This document shows positions 29,894 to 40,659 of a DNA stretch of 64,000 bases, in pieces (position 1 is the stretch's first letter; each line of letters opens with the position of its first letter). This DNA is from Verrucomicrobiota bacterium (GTDB lineage: Bacteria; Verrucomicrobiota; Verrucomicrobiia; Limisphaerales; CANJSG01). The stretch spans positions 19,176 to 83,175 of the forward strand of contig JBBQXJ010000006.1 of NCBI GenBank assembly GCA_038209745.1, in the 5' to 3' direction. The position numbers and the translations under genes were made by a program. The notes beneath the pieces were generated by a model. It was not told the DNA's origin and did not search any database. It worked only from the letters and a program-made list of their open reading frames with translations.

Positions 29894-31051
29894 ATGTCCC
29901 CCATTCTTCCCGGCGCCACCATCGGCATCCTCGGCAGCGGCCAGCTCGGGCGGATGCTCGCGCTCGACGCCCGCAATCTCGGCTACCGCATCGCGATCTT
30001 TTCGCCCGAAGCGGACGCACCCGCCGCCGCCGTGGCGGACCTGGAAATCGTCGGCGACTATCTCGATCTCGACCGGATCCGCGAATTCGCGCGGCAGGTG
30101 GATGTCGTGACCTTCGAGTTCGAAAACGTGCCGTCGGCCACCACCCAGGCCGCCGCCGAGATCGTGCCGGTGCGGCCCGATGGCCAAGTGCTGCACATCA
30201 CCCAGAACCGGCTTCGCGAGAAGACGTTTCTTCGCGACCATGGCTTTCCCGCCGCGCCGTGGAAACGGGTGCAGACGGCGGAAGACATGGCGGCGGCCAT
30301 CGCCGAGATCGGCGTGCCCGGGGTCTTGAAGACGGTGGACTTTGGCTACGACGGAAAGGGCCAGGTGAAGATCCTCAAGGCCGAGGACGCGGCCGCCGCG
30401 TTGGCATCGTTCAAGGGAGCCGCCGCCGTCTACGAGGGATTTGTCCGGTTCGAGAAGGAATTGTCGGTCGTCGCGGCCCGGACGACGGACGGGCAGTTCA
30501 AGGCGTTCCCCGTCTTCGAAAACGAACACGCGAACCACGTCCTCGACCTCACCTACGCGCCCGCCCGCATCGACCCGAAGCTGCTGCGGGAGGCGGAACA
30601 ATTGGCCGCCGGAATCTTGGAGCAGCTGCAGGTCGTGGGCCTGTTGACCGTGGAGCTTTTCTGTACGGCGGACGGCAAGCTCGTGGTGAACGAGCTCGCG
30701 CCCCGCGTCCACAATTCCGGCCACATCACGATGGACGCCTGCGTCACGAGCCAGTTCGAGCAGCAGATCCGCGCCGTCTGCGGGCTGCCGCTCGGCTCGA
30801 CGGAGCTGCGTTCGCCGGGCGCAGCGATGGTGAATCTGCTGGGCGATGTCTGGGCCCGGGGCGAGCCCGACTGGGCCGCGGCGTTGTCCGATCCACTGGT
30901 CAAGCTGCATCTCTACGGCAAGCGCGAGGCGCGTCGCGGCCGGAAGATGGGCCACCTGAACATCACAGGAGAATCGCCCGCCGCCGCCGCCGCGCAGGCA
31001 TTGGAGGCACGGCGAAAACTCACGGCTTTGAACGGCCCGTTGCTGGCCTGA
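29894..31051 (+). CDS. purK: N5-carboxyaminoimidazole ribonucleotide synthase
   Basis: GSGQLGRM, TFEFENV, GYDGKGQ, NELAPRVHNSGH, RKMGH. Follows purE. Confidence 0.96.
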   Translation: MSPILPGATIGILGSGQLGRMLALDARNLGYRIAIFSPEADAPAAAVADLEIVGDYLDLDRIREFARQVDVVTFEFENVPSATTQAAAEIVPVRPDGQVLHITQNRLREKTFLRDHGFPAAPWKRVQTAEDMAAAIAEIGVPGVLKTVDFGYDGKGQVKILKAEDAAAALASFKGAAAVYEGFVRFEKELSVVAARTTDGQFKAFPVFENEHANHVLDLTYAPARIDPKLLREAEQLAAGILEQLQVVGLLTVELFCTADGKLVVNELAPRVHNSGHITMDACVTSQFEQQIRAVCGLPLGSTELRSPGAAMVNLLGDVWARGEPDWAAALSDPLVKLHLYGKREARRGRKMGHLNITGESPAAAAAQALEARRKLTALNGPLLA

Positions 31052-31061
31052 GCGAACGACC

Positions 31062-31889
31062 ATGAACTCCGATCTCGCCGACAAAGTAGTCCTGATCACC
31101 GGAGCATCGGGCGGAATCGGCGGGGCGATCGCCCGCCGCTTCGCCGACGAGGGAGCCCGGTTGATCCTCCATTATCGCAACGGCCGAAAGGCCGTGGATC
31201 GGCTGACCAAGGAACTGACCGGGATCGAGACGCTGGTTGCGCGGGCCGATCTCACCAAGGAGGCGGACGTTCGAAGGCTCTTCGCCGCCTCCCTGAAGCG
31301 ATTTGGCCGGATCGACACGCTCGTCGCCAACGCCGGCTCTTGGGAGACGCGGGACATTCCGCTGCACGCCATGTCGCTCAAGCAATGGCGGGCGACCCAG
31401 GACGCGGTGCTGACGTCGACGTTCCTGACGTTGCGCGAGTTTCTGAAGCAGGTCGCCAAACAGAGATCCGGGAACGCCGTGCTGGTGGCGTCGACGGCCG
31501 GTGTCTTCGGCGAGGCGGGCCATGCCGACTACGCCGCGGCCAAGTCGGCCATGGCCTACGGATTGACCCGCACTTTGAAGAACGAGATCGCCCGGATCGC
31601 CCCGCACACGGCGGACTATTGCGGTGGCCGCGTCAATTGCGTCTGCCCCGGTTGGACGGTCGTGCCGCGGACTGTGTCCAAGCTGAAGAACATCGCGATC
31701 GTCAAACGGGTCACCGCCACCATGGCCCTGCCGCAGATCGGGCGACCGGACGACATGGCGCATCAGGTCGTGTTCCTGGCTTCGGATACGTTGGCCCGTC
31801 ATGTGACCGGCCAGACCATCGTGGTCGCGGGAGGGATGGAAGGTCGATTGTTGTGGCGGGACGACGAGATCGATCCGGGCATTGTGTAG
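31062..31889 (+). CDS. SDR family oxidoreductase
   Basis: TGASGGIG, NAG, YAAAK, RVNCVCPG, TGQ. Confidence 0.9.
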   Translation: MNSDLADKVVLITGASGGIGGAIARRFADEGARLILHYRNGRKAVDRLTKELTGIETLVARADLTKEADVRRLFAASLKRFGRIDTLVANAGSWETRDIPLHAMSLKQWRATQDAVLTSTFLTLREFLKQVAKQRSGNAVLVASTAGVFGEAGHADYAAAKSAMAYGLTRTLKNEIARIAPHTADYCGGRVNCVCPGWTVVPRTVSKLKNIAIVKRVTATMALPQIGRPDDMAHQVVFLASDTLARHVTGQTIVVAGGMEGRLLWRDDEIDPGIV

Positions 31890-32201
31890 ACGCGGCGGAT
31901 CCCGGGTCCGAACGCAGGAATCCCGCCATTTTCGCAATGCGACTTCGAAGTTGGACAAATCGGGGATGAGCTTGAAGGATGCGGTCGTTGGCCATGTATC
32001 TATTCGAGAAGAACCACGCCGTTTTAGACCCCCAGGAATTCATTGCGGCCCGTGCGGAAGGGGATGTCGGCCGCCCCGTGGAACCGCAGGCCTTGCCGCC
32101 GCGACGCTCGGAACCCCGCTGGTCCCGTCGAGCCGGACCCACGACTGGAGTCCCCTCCGGCCTTCGACGGGGGATGGAAGCCCGCGCAACGGGACATCGG
32201 C

Positions 32202-35200
32202 ATGGATGACGTCGCCTTGGGCCCCATTCCTCCGACCCCGGATGAAACCAACGGCGATCCCGAATTGGAATCCCCCGGCGCGTTCGCGGCCGCGATCCTC
32301 GATGCATTGCCGGCCAAAGTGGCCCTGCTCGATCTGCACGGAACGATTCTCGCGGTGAACGAAGCGTGGCGGATTTTTGCTTCCGAGACCGGGGCGATCG
32401 ACTCCGGACTGGTCGTTGGACGAAACTATTTCGACGAGACGACCATGGCCCCGGGGGACTGGTTGACCGAGCTGCCAAACGCGGCGGATGGAATCCGTGA
32501 AGTCCTCTCGGGACGGACGCCGCAATATGTCGCCGAGTATCCCAGTCATCTCGCCAACGGGCTCCGGTGGTTCCGCATGATGGTGAGTCCGTTGCGCCGA
32601 GGCGCGATCGCGGGCGCGATGGTCATGCACATCGACATCACCGAGCGGAAAGATTCCGAAGAGCGGTTGTTCCTCCTCAAACGGCTGTATGCGGTGCAGG
32701 GCCGGATCAACGAGGCGATCACCCGCGTGCGAAAGCCCCAGGCGCTCTACGAGCAGGCATGCCGGATCGCGGTCGAAGACGGCGGGATGATCATGGCCTG
32801 GGTCGGTGAAATCGACCCGGAGACCCGCCTCATCCGCCCGGTGGCGAAGGCCGGAAAGGAGGACGGGTATCTCGACCGGGTCCAGTTCTCCATCGACGAC
32901 TTCGTCCATACGCCCGGGCCGTTCGGGGTGGCCATGCGGGAGGGCCGGGTCGACGCGTCCAACGACATCGCCACCGATCCGAGAATGGAACTGGTGCGGG
33001 AGGCGGCGCTCGCACGGGGATACCACTCAGCCGTCGCAGTGCCGGTCAAGGCCGGGAGCACTTCCGTAGCAGCCTTCATGTTCTACGCGGAGACCGCCGG
33101 ATTCTTCCAGGAACCCGAGTTTCGGCTGATGGCCGCGATCGGCGACGACATCTCGTTCGCCCTGGAATCGATGAGGGCCGAGGATGAACGCAGGAAGGCG
33201 GAGCACTCCTTGCGGGAAAGCGAGAAGAGGACGGCGGCATTTTCGGAACTCGGACGGAAACTCAATTCGGCGGCGACGGCTCTTGCAGCGGGAAAGATCG
33301 TCGTGCAGGTGGCGGACGAGTTGATCGGATGGGACGCCGCGACCTTCAATCTGTCGAACGAGGACGGAAGCCGCATGGTTTCCCAGTTGAACATCGACAC
33401 GATCGACGGACGTAAACAGCCCTGCGCGACGCACTACAACTATTCGCCGGCATCGGTTCTGGCCCGAGAGACCATCCAGAATGGCGGACAACTCCTCCTG
33501 CGCGAACCGGGCGGGATCGACAACGTCGGAGGCCGCCGCTTCGGCGACGTCTCGCGGCCGTCCGCATCGCTCCTGTTCGTGCCCGTCCGCGACGGATCGC
33601 GGGTGATCGGAGTGCTGTCGATCCAGAGCTATCGGTTCCATGCCTACGATGCCGGTGACTTGGAGACGCTCCAGGCTTTGGCGGACTATTGCGGCGGCGC
33701 CATGAGCCGGATCCAGGCGGAGGCCGCCCTGCAAGCCAGCCAGGCCGATATGGCGGCCGCGCAACGGATCGCCCAGATGGGCAACTGGTTTCAGGAGCTG
33801 CCAGGAGACCGCCTCTATTGGTCGGACGAGGTCTGCAAGCTGCACGGGGTTCCGGAGAACAGCACCCCCACGGTGGAGGAGGCGCTCGCCTTCGCCACGC
33901 CCGTGTCCCGCAATCTGCTGAAGGAACTGTTTGAAGCGTGCGCCCAGGAAGGAAGCGCGTTCGACGAACGGTTCCAGATCGACTCCGCCGACGGCCGAAG
34001 GCTCTGGGTGCGCGCAATGGGCGAAGCCAAGAGGGATGGCGGCGGCGTGATCCGGCGCATCCAAGGGGCGATCCAGGACGTGACAGCCGGCCAGCGCGCG
34101 GCCGAACAGGCGGCGCTCATCGACGAGGCCCGGGACGCCTTTGTCGTCCAAGACCTCGACCACCGGATCCTGTTCTGGAGCAAGGGAGCCGAACGCCTCT
34201 ACGGCTGGACCGCGACCGAAGTGACGGGTCGAAGAATCCAGGACCTTTTCGGGATCGACTCCGCCAAATTCCAGGAAGCCGACGATGCGGTCCGAAGGGA
34301 CGGTGCTTGGGCCGGAGAGTTCGAAAAAGCCGGCAAGAGCGGGGACAAGTTCACCATCGACGCGCGATGGACAATGTTGCGGGACGCCCGCCAGCAGGGC
34401 GGATCCATTCTGACGATCGACTCCGACATCACGGAGAAAAAGCGGACCCAGGCCCACTTTCTCCGCGCCCAGCGGATGGAGAGCATCGGCACCTTGGCCG
34501 GTGGCATCGCGCACGATCTGAACAACGTGCTCGCGCCGATCCTCATGTCGCTCGAACTCCTCAAAGAAAAGCCGACGGAAGAGGAGAAGCTGGAGCTGCT
34601 GGCGACCCTGAAGACCAGCGCCCAGCGAGGGGCCGATCTCGTCCGGCAGGTGCTCACCTTCGCCCGGGGAATCGAAGGCCAGCGCGTGTCGGTCAACCTC
34701 TCCCAACTGATGCGGGAGATCCAGCACATCATCCGCGACACCTTTCCAAAGTCCGTTGAACTGCGCCTCGTTCCGCCCGAATCCATCTGGAACGTCACCG
34801 GCGATCCGACCCAGCTGCACCAGGTCTTTCTCAACCTGTGCGTCAACGCCCGCGACGCGATGTCCAGCGGTGGCCAGTTGACGATCTCGATGGAAAACAC
34901 GGTTCTGGACGAGATCTACGTGGGCATGAATCCAGGCTCCACTGTGGGAGCGTATGTCTGTGTCAAGGTCGCGGACAACGGGGCCGGAATCCCGGCTGAG
35001 ATTCGCGAGCGCATATTCGAGCCGTTCTTCACCACGAAGGAACTGGGCAAGGGCACCGGGCTCGGACTGTCCACCAGCCTGGCGATCGTCAAGAGCCACG
35101 GCGGGTTCATCAACCTCTACTCGGAAGCGGGCCGAGGAACGATCTTCAAGATCTACCTACCCGCGAACACCACGATGACCGAAGCGGAAGCGGCATCCGA

Positions 35201-35606
35201 TGGCCGGCCGCAGTTCCCCCGCGGCCGGGGTGAACTCATCCTCGTGGTCGACGACGAAGAGGGCATCCGCAAGGTCGCGCAGAAGACGTTGGAGCGTTTC
35301 GGCTATCGGGTCGTGACCGCCCGGCACGGCGCCGAAGCCCTGTCGATCTACGCCCGGCTGCACGGGGAGATCGGCGCGGTGATGACCGACATGGCCATGC
35401 CCATCATGGACGGACCCGCGTTGATCATCGCGTTGAAGACCATGGACCCGGACGTGAAGGTCATCGCCTCCAGCGGGCTCAATTCGAACGGGGGCGTCGC
35501 CAAGGCGATCGGGGCCGGCGTCGAGCATTTCATCCCCAAACCCTACACGGCCGAAGTGCTGCTCAAGACTCTGGCGAAACTCCTCGGCGACAAGCCCGGT
35601 CTCTGA
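32202..35606 (+). CDS. Hybrid sensor histidine kinase (PAS-GAF-GAF-PAS-PAS-HK-REC)
   Basis: GGIAHDLNN H-box, NLCVNARDAM, FEPFFTTK, GTGLGL, and a receiver domain (VDDE, TDMAMP, KPY). Confidence 0.92.
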   Translation: MDDVALGPIPPTPDETNGDPELESPGAFAAAILDALPAKVALLDLHGTILAVNEAWRIFASETGAIDSGLVVGRNYFDETTMAPGDWLTELPNAADGIREVLSGRTPQYVAEYPSHLANGLRWFRMMVSPLRRGAIAGAMVMHIDITERKDSEERLFLLKRLYAVQGRINEAITRVRKPQALYEQACRIAVEDGGMIMAWVGEIDPETRLIRPVAKAGKEDGYLDRVQFSIDDFVHTPGPFGVAMREGRVDASNDIATDPRMELVREAALARGYHSAVAVPVKAGSTSVAAFMFYAETAGFFQEPEFRLMAAIGDDISFALESMRAEDERRKAEHSLRESEKRTAAFSELGRKLNSAATALAAGKIVVQVADELIGWDAATFNLSNEDGSRMVSQLNIDTIDGRKQPCATHYNYSPASVLARETIQNGGQLLLREPGGIDNVGGRRFGDVSRPSASLLFVPVRDGSRVIGVLSIQSYRFHAYDAGDLETLQALADYCGGAMSRIQAEAALQASQADMAAAQRIAQMGNWFQELPGDRLYWSDEVCKLHGVPENSTPTVEEALAFATPVSRNLLKELFEACAQEGSAFDERFQIDSADGRRLWVRAMGEAKRDGGGVIRRIQGAIQDVTAGQRAAEQAALIDEARDAFVVQDLDHRILFWSKGAERLYGWTATEVTGRRIQDLFGIDSAKFQEADDAVRRDGAWAGEFEKAGKSGDKFTIDARWTMLRDARQQGGSILTIDSDITEKKRTQAHFLRAQRMESIGTLAGGIAHDLNNVLAPILMSLELLKEKPTEEEKLELLATLKTSAQRGADLVRQVLTFARGIEGQRVSVNLSQLMREIQHIIRDTFPKSVELRLVPPESIWNVTGDPTQLHQVFLNLCVNARDAMSSGGQLTISMENTVLDEIYVGMNPGSTVGAYVCVKVADNGAGIPAEIRERIFEPFFTTKELGKGTGLGLSTSLAIVKSHGGFINLYSEAGRGTIFKIYLPANTTMTEAEAASDGRPQFPRGRGELILVVDDEEGIRKVAQKTLERFGYRVVTARHGAEALSIYARLHGEIGAVMTDMAMPIMDGPALIIALKTMDPDVKVIASSGLNSNGGVAKAIGAGVEHFIPKPYTAEVLLKTLAKLLGDKPGL

Positions 35607-35641
35607 CCCGACGCGGAGCGCTCGCACCGCGTCGCCACGGT

Positions 35642-36547
35642 TCAGATCCACTCCCTCCACCGGTCCATCTGGCCCTGCAAGGTTTCGATTTCCTCGGCCT
35701 TCAAATCCACCAGAGGCGGGCGCACCGGGCCTCCGACGAGTCCGATCATGTCCATCATCGCCTTCATGGCCGAGACTTCGTAGCCCTTGCGCCGGGCGCG
35801 GAGGACATAGAGCGGGATCACCAGTTCTTCCATCAACCTGTCCAGTTCGGCGGAATGCCCGGCGGAAGCCAGTTCGTGCAGGCGGAGGGAGAGCTTCGGG
35901 GCGACGTTCGCGATGCTCGACGTGTAGGTGCGGATACCCATCGAGTAATATGCGGGCACGGCGTCGTCCCCCGCCCCGCCGATCCAGAGCAGGCGATCCC
36001 CCACGCGTTGCCGGATCATCTGCAAGCGGCGCATGTCGGCCTGTCCGTCCTTCCACGCGATAAGATTCGGAATCTGCCCGGCGAGCCGCTCCACCAGAGC
36101 CGGAGAGGCGTTGAACCAGTCTCGGCTGTAGATCAACAGACCGAGCGGCGTCGCGGCGGCGATGCTCTGGTAGTAGCGGGTGATGCCCTCCTCATCCTGG
36201 CTTGGATAATAGGGCGGAAAGGCGAGGATGCCCGATGCGCCCGCAGCGGCCGCATTCCGGGCCGCATCAGAAGCGATGGCCGCGTTGAATCCGACACCGG
36301 TCAAGACGGGCACCCGGCCGTTCACTTCCTCGACGGTCGCCTTCACCACCGCCAGATGTTCGGCCGGCGAAAGAACGTGAAACTCGCCCGTGCCGGCGGC
36401 CGCGACGATGGCGCAGACGGGATGCTTCAGGAGCGAACGCAGGTTGTGCCGGAGACCGTCCAGATCGAGCGACAGGTCCGTCTTGAAAGGCGTGACCGGA
36501 AACGAAATGACGCCTTGGAGGCGTTCGCGAAGTTCAGCGGGTTTCAT
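35642..36547 (-). CDS. kdgD: 5-dehydro-4-deoxyglucarate dehydratase (DapA family)
   Basis: SFPVTPF, AGTGEF, PPYY, IYSRD, WKDG, VRPPL. Adjacent to glucarate dehydratase. Confidence 0.85.
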   Translation of the reverse strand: MKPAELRERLQGVISFPVTPFKTDLSLDLDGLRHNLRSLLKHPVCAIVAAAGTGEFHVLSPAEHLAVVKATVEEVNGRVPVLTGVGFNAAIASDAARNAAAAGASGILAFPPYYPSQDEEGITRYYQSIAAATPLGLLIYSRDWFNASPALVERLAGQIPNLIAWKDGQADMRRLQMIRQRVGDRLLWIGGAGDDAVPAYYSMGIRTYTSSIANVAPKLSLRLHELASAGHSAELDRLMEELVIPLYVLRARRKGYEVSAMKAMMDMIGLVGGPVRPPLVDLKAEEIETLQGQMDRWREWI

Positions 36548-36615
36548 GGACGGAGATTGGGTATCACGGATCGGTTGTTCGGGTGAACGACAGATGTTGT
36601 CGGTCGACATTCTGT

Positions 36616-37953
36616 TTACCGCACGAGGCACGGACGCTTCGGATCGAACCTCCATTCTGGCACTAGGAACTGCATCGCGGAGGCGTCGTCCCGCGCACCC
36701 AAGGCCATTTTGCCATACAATTCATGGGCCGCTTCGATCGCGACCAGGTCAGCCTCCACTCCGAGCCCGGGCTTTTCCGGAACGGTCACGCAGCCCTCGA
36801 TGATCCGGAGAGGTTCCTTCGTCAGACGCTGCCCGTCCTGCCAGATCCAATGAGTGTCGATGGCGGTGATCCTTCCCGGCGCCGCAGCGGCGACCTGCGT
36901 GAACATCGCCATTGAAATGTCGAAATGATTGTTCGAATGCGAGCCCCAGGTCAGTCCGCCGAGATCGCGGCAAAGCTGCGCGACGCGGACAGAGCCCTGC
37001 ATCGTCCAGAAATGGGGATCGGCCAGCGGGATGTCGACGGCTTGGAGCTGGAGCGCGTGGGCCAATTGGCGCCAGTCCGTGGCGACCATGTTGGTGGCGG
37101 TGGGAAGCCCGGTCGCGCGGCGGAATTCCGCCAGGATTTCCCGTCCGGAAAAGCCGTCCTCCGCACCGCACGGATCTTCGGCATAGGCGAGGACTTCGTG
37201 CTGGTTGCGACACAGCGCGACGGCTTCGGCCAGGGACCAGGCACCGTTCGGATCCAGCGTGATCCGGGCGCCGGGAAACCGGCTCGCCAAGGCCGTGACG
37301 GCTTCCATTTCCCTGTCGCCTTCGAGGACGCCTCCCTTGAGTTTGAAATCGTTGAACCCATAGCGCGCATGGGCCGCTTCGGCGAGACGGACGATGGCAT
37401 CCACGCTCAAGGCTTCTTCTCTTCGCATTTTCAGCCAGTCGTCCTTCGCACTGGCCTCGTCGAGATACGGCAGGTTCGTCCTGCGGCGGTCGCCGATGTA
37501 GAAGAGGTAGCCGAGCATCTCCACCGACTTGCGCTGCTGCCCTTCGCCCAGCAACGCCGCCACGGGCACCCCAAGCAACTGGCCGAACAGATCCAAGAGC
37601 GCGCATTCAATCGCCGTCACCGCGTGGATCGTGGTCCGCAGGTCATAGGTCTGCCCGCCGCGGCCTCCGGCATCGCGGTCGCCGAAGCGTGCGCGTATCG
37701 TCTGAAGGACCGCGTTGTAGGAGCCGATCGGCTGACCCACGACCGATGGCCGGGCCTCCTCCAGCGTTTGGCGGATGCGTTCGCCACCGGGAACCTCACC
37801 CAATCCGGTGCGCCCGGCGCTGTCCTTCAACAACACGACATTCCGCGTAAAGAAGGGACCGTGCGCGCCGCTGAGGTTGAGCAGCATGCTGTCGTGTCCC
37901 GCGACCGGGACGACGCGCATCTCCGAGACGATGGGGGTAGAGGACGATTTCAT
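36616..37953 (-). CDS. gudD: Glucarate dehydratase
   Basis: [59 protein letters not shown]. Confidence 0.95.
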   Translation of the reverse strand: MKSSSTPIVSEMRVVPVAGHDSMLLNLSGAHGPFFTRNVVLLKDSAGRTGLGEVPGGERIRQTLEEARPSVVGQPIGSYNAVLQTIRARFGDRDAGGRGGQTYDLRTTIHAVTAIECALLDLFGQLLGVPVAALLGEGQQRKSVEMLGYLFYIGDRRRTNLPYLDEASAKDDWLKMRREEALSVDAIVRLAEAAHARYGFNDFKLKGGVLEGDREMEAVTALASRFPGARITLDPNGAWSLAEAVALCRNQHEVLAYAEDPCGAEDGFSGREILAEFRRATGLPTATNMVATDWRQLAHALQLQAVDIPLADPHFWTMQGSVRVAQLCRDLGGLTWGSHSNNHFDISMAMFTQVAAAAPGRITAIDTHWIWQDGQRLTKEPLRIIEGCVTVPEKPGLGVEADLVAIEAAHELYGKMALGARDDASAMQFLVPEWRFDPKRPCLVR

Positions 37954-37969
37954 GGATGGCGGTGCCGGT

Positions 37970-38604
37970 TCAAATCAGCGGCAGAAATTTCACCAGCAGC
38001 AGCACAGCACGGTCGCAAGTCCGGCCAGCGATATGACGCATTGCAGGAAGGAACATGCCTTTACAGTCGAGCCGATGGTCAGCCCGGCCCTGCGGTTGGC
38101 CAACCAGAATCCGCTGGCGTTCATCCAGGGAAACGGCTTCGAACCACAGCGCGATGGCGCGCGCGACGGAGACAGGATCGAAGCCATGCTCCGCGCAATG
38201 GACCACTCCGCCGAAAATCCCGACTGCGGTGAACATCGCCACCGTGGCGGAGCCTGGCGTTTGTCCAGCCGCCGCATGGCCGACCGCACGATTCGCTCGG
38301 CCCCGACATTTTCAAGCAGGATGCGCCCGATGATCGACCCCAGCGCGATCAAAACGCCGATACAAGCGCAGGTATTGCCAAACTGCCCCGAAACCCGCTC
38401 GCCCGAGGATTGACCGAGAGGGTCGGTCGTCTCCACAGCCGACAACATTTTGGCGCGGGCATATTGCTCCAGCGAAACCTTCGGCCTCAGCGAACCGACC
38501 ACGATCGTCGCCGGGACCAGGGCCAGAAATCCGTCCAACCGCCGGCCAATAATGCCGCCCACAACCACCGCCATGCCGATGATTAGGAGCCAAAGCGGAT
38601 CCAT
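37970..38604 (-). pseudogene. Truncated/frameshifted GntP-family sugar-acid permease
   Basis: N-terminus resembles GntP (…FLAL…FGNTC..IGVLIALGSIIGRILLE..GAERIV) but the frame breaks after ~120 aa, and the locus is far too short for a full permease. Confidence 0.6.
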
Positions 38605-38907
38605 GCGATTCCGGTATCGAGGGACGTCGATTTCAAGGTGGTGCGCCTCCTTTACCGGGGTTTGAGGATCGGAGGGAAGGGTTTAATCGAGCCCATGTTC
38701 CGAGCGGTCGAATGGCACGGAGACAACGAAGTCGTCCTTGCCTTGGAGGCTGCCCTTCGCATCGAGCACCAACGGGCCGCGCCTGCAATAGGAGTTCTGC
38801 GGTTTGAAGAATCGTGGCCGTTGATTTCGGGCATCAAAGACCCAGCGTGAAGCGAATGAAGTCTGCCTGGGGCACCTCTCCCCTCACCATCCGTCATCAG
38901 TGACGGA

Positions 38908-38983
38908 TGGTGGAGCCGAGGGGATTCGAACCCCTGACCCCCACAATGCCATTGTGGTGCTCTACCAACTGAGCTACGACCCC
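38908..38983 (-). tRNA. tRNA-Ala(GGC)
   Basis: GGGGTCGTAGCTCAGTTGGTAGAGC-ACCACA-ATGGCAT-TGTGG…GTTCGAATCC…TCCACCA, 76 nt, CCA encoded. Confidence 0.96.
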
Positions 38984-39078
38984 GACCAGCGGACGCGCAG
39001 CTTATTTACGGGCGGCTTCGTGTCAAAGCGTAATTGTCATTGGAACACACTTTCTGTCCCGGACGCGTTCGATCGCCT

Positions 39079-40473
39079 TCAGATCAGATCGGGCAACGAG
39101 CCGCTCCGGGCTAGGTCTGCGAACCAATACGCACTGGCCTTCGGGGCCCTCCGCTGGGTCTTCTGATCCACATAGACCAGGCCGAAGGCGGCTTCCGGCC
39201 GATAGCCGTGCTCCCACTCGAAGTTGTCGAGGAACGTCCAGCCGAAGTAGGCCTCGACCGGGATGCCGGCACGGATGGCCTTGATCACGCGCTCGAGATG
39301 TTCGCGCAGATAGCCCACGCGCCGGCGGTCCGGCAACATCTGACCGGCCGCGTCGAACTGCGGCTTTTCCGCCATTCCGTTTTCGGACACGTAGAGCCGC
39401 TGCAGTCCGTGGCTGCGATACGCGTGGTAGATCTGATGAAGCATGTCGTAGATGCCCGTCGGATAAAATGGAGGCATGAAAATGGGCCAGCCGAGATCGT
39501 TCGTCGGAGCGTCCTGGAGGAGGATGGAGCGGTAGCGGAGATCGGCTTCGGGATCCCATTCCACGACGAGTCCATAGTAGTTGTTGATGCCCACGCAGTG
39601 CATCCGCGCGCCGACCTTGATCTGTGCCATGTCGGCGGGACCGATCACGGGCATGTGGCCCTCGACGAGTTCGTTCAAAGTGTCCGGATAGGCTCCGAGA
39701 AAGAGAGGATCGAGGAACCAGCCGTTGCACACCGCGTCGGCGAAACGCTGGGCCTTCAAGTTCGGCTCGTCGCAGCTCATCGCATAGCACGGCAGGGTGC
39801 TGAGAACGACTCCGGCACGGATGTCGGGACTGCGCCGCCAAAGCTCCTCCGCCATGACCGCGTTGGCCAGGAGCAGGTGGTGCGCGGCCGAGAGCGCCTT
39901 CGCCAGGGACTTTTCGCCCGGCGCATGCACGCCCTGGTGATGGCCGAGAAAAGAGGCGCACCACGGTTCGTTGACCGTGAAATACTCGTCGATCAGATCG
40001 CCCAGTTCGTCGCACACCGTGCCCGCGTGCTTGGCCATGAATTCGACGGTCCGGTAGTTGGTCCAGCCACCCTCGTCCTGGAGGAACTGCGGCAGCTCCC
40101 AATGATAGAGCGTGACGTAGGTCTTGATGCCGTTCGCCTTCAGATCCCCGAGAAAACGGCGATACCAGGCGATGGCCTTCGGATTGGGAGTGCCATCGCG
40201 TTTGAGAACGCGGCAAGCGGACACGGAGGTCCGGAAATGCTGGATGCCGAGGCCGGACAACAAGGCGATGTCTTCGCGCCAAAGATTGTAGCGGTTGACA
40301 CCGGGCAACGTCGTGTCGCCGCTCCAGGTCTTGCCCGACTTCATCGCGAACTCGAGCCACATGCTCGGTTCGGCCATCTCCTCGGTGAGGCAGTATTGCT
40401 CGCCGATCACTTGAAGATCGGAGTCGCCGAGCCCGAAGCGGAAACTCGCGGGAAACGTGGGTGCCATCGCCAT
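39079..40473 (-). CDS. Glycoside hydrolase family 1 (beta-glucosidase-like)
   Basis: TLYHWELPQ, TVNEP acid/base, GINNY, YVSENG nucleophile, WTFLDNFEW, FGLVYVD. Confidence 0.9.
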   Translation of the reverse strand: MAMAPTFPASFRFGLGDSDLQVIGEQYCLTEEMAEPSMWLEFAMKSGKTWSGDTTLPGVNRYNLWREDIALLSGLGIQHFRTSVSACRVLKRDGTPNPKAIAWYRRFLGDLKANGIKTYVTLYHWELPQFLQDEGGWTNYRTVEFMAKHAGTVCDELGDLIDEYFTVNEPWCASFLGHHQGVHAPGEKSLAKALSAAHHLLLANAVMAEELWRRSPDIRAGVVLSTLPCYAMSCDEPNLKAQRFADAVCNGWFLDPLFLGAYPDTLNELVEGHMPVIGPADMAQIKVGARMHCVGINNYYGLVVEWDPEADLRYRSILLQDAPTNDLGWPIFMPPFYPTGIYDMLHQIYHAYRSHGLQRLYVSENGMAEKPQFDAAGQMLPDRRRVGYLREHLERVIKAIRAGIPVEAYFGWTFLDNFEWEHGYRPEAAFGLVYVDQKTQRRAPKASAYWFADLARSGSLPDLI

Positions 40474-40659
40474 TCGAACATGGGCCACTCGATCCCGTTG
40501 CCAAAGTCGATTTTGGATTTTCCGTTCTGGAGCCGCCGAACAGGAGCCCGAGTCTACGGTGGACCCGCATCAGTCAAAAGGATTTGTCCGACACGACGCG
40601 CCGCCATTCGAAGTTTGTCGTTGAACCCCGTCCATGTCGCACGGGTAGTCTCCGCTTCA

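Noticed and set aside
31890..32209. Small ORF between the SDR and the hybrid kinase
   Set aside because: No recognisable motif or convincing start, so it cannot be distinguished from chance.
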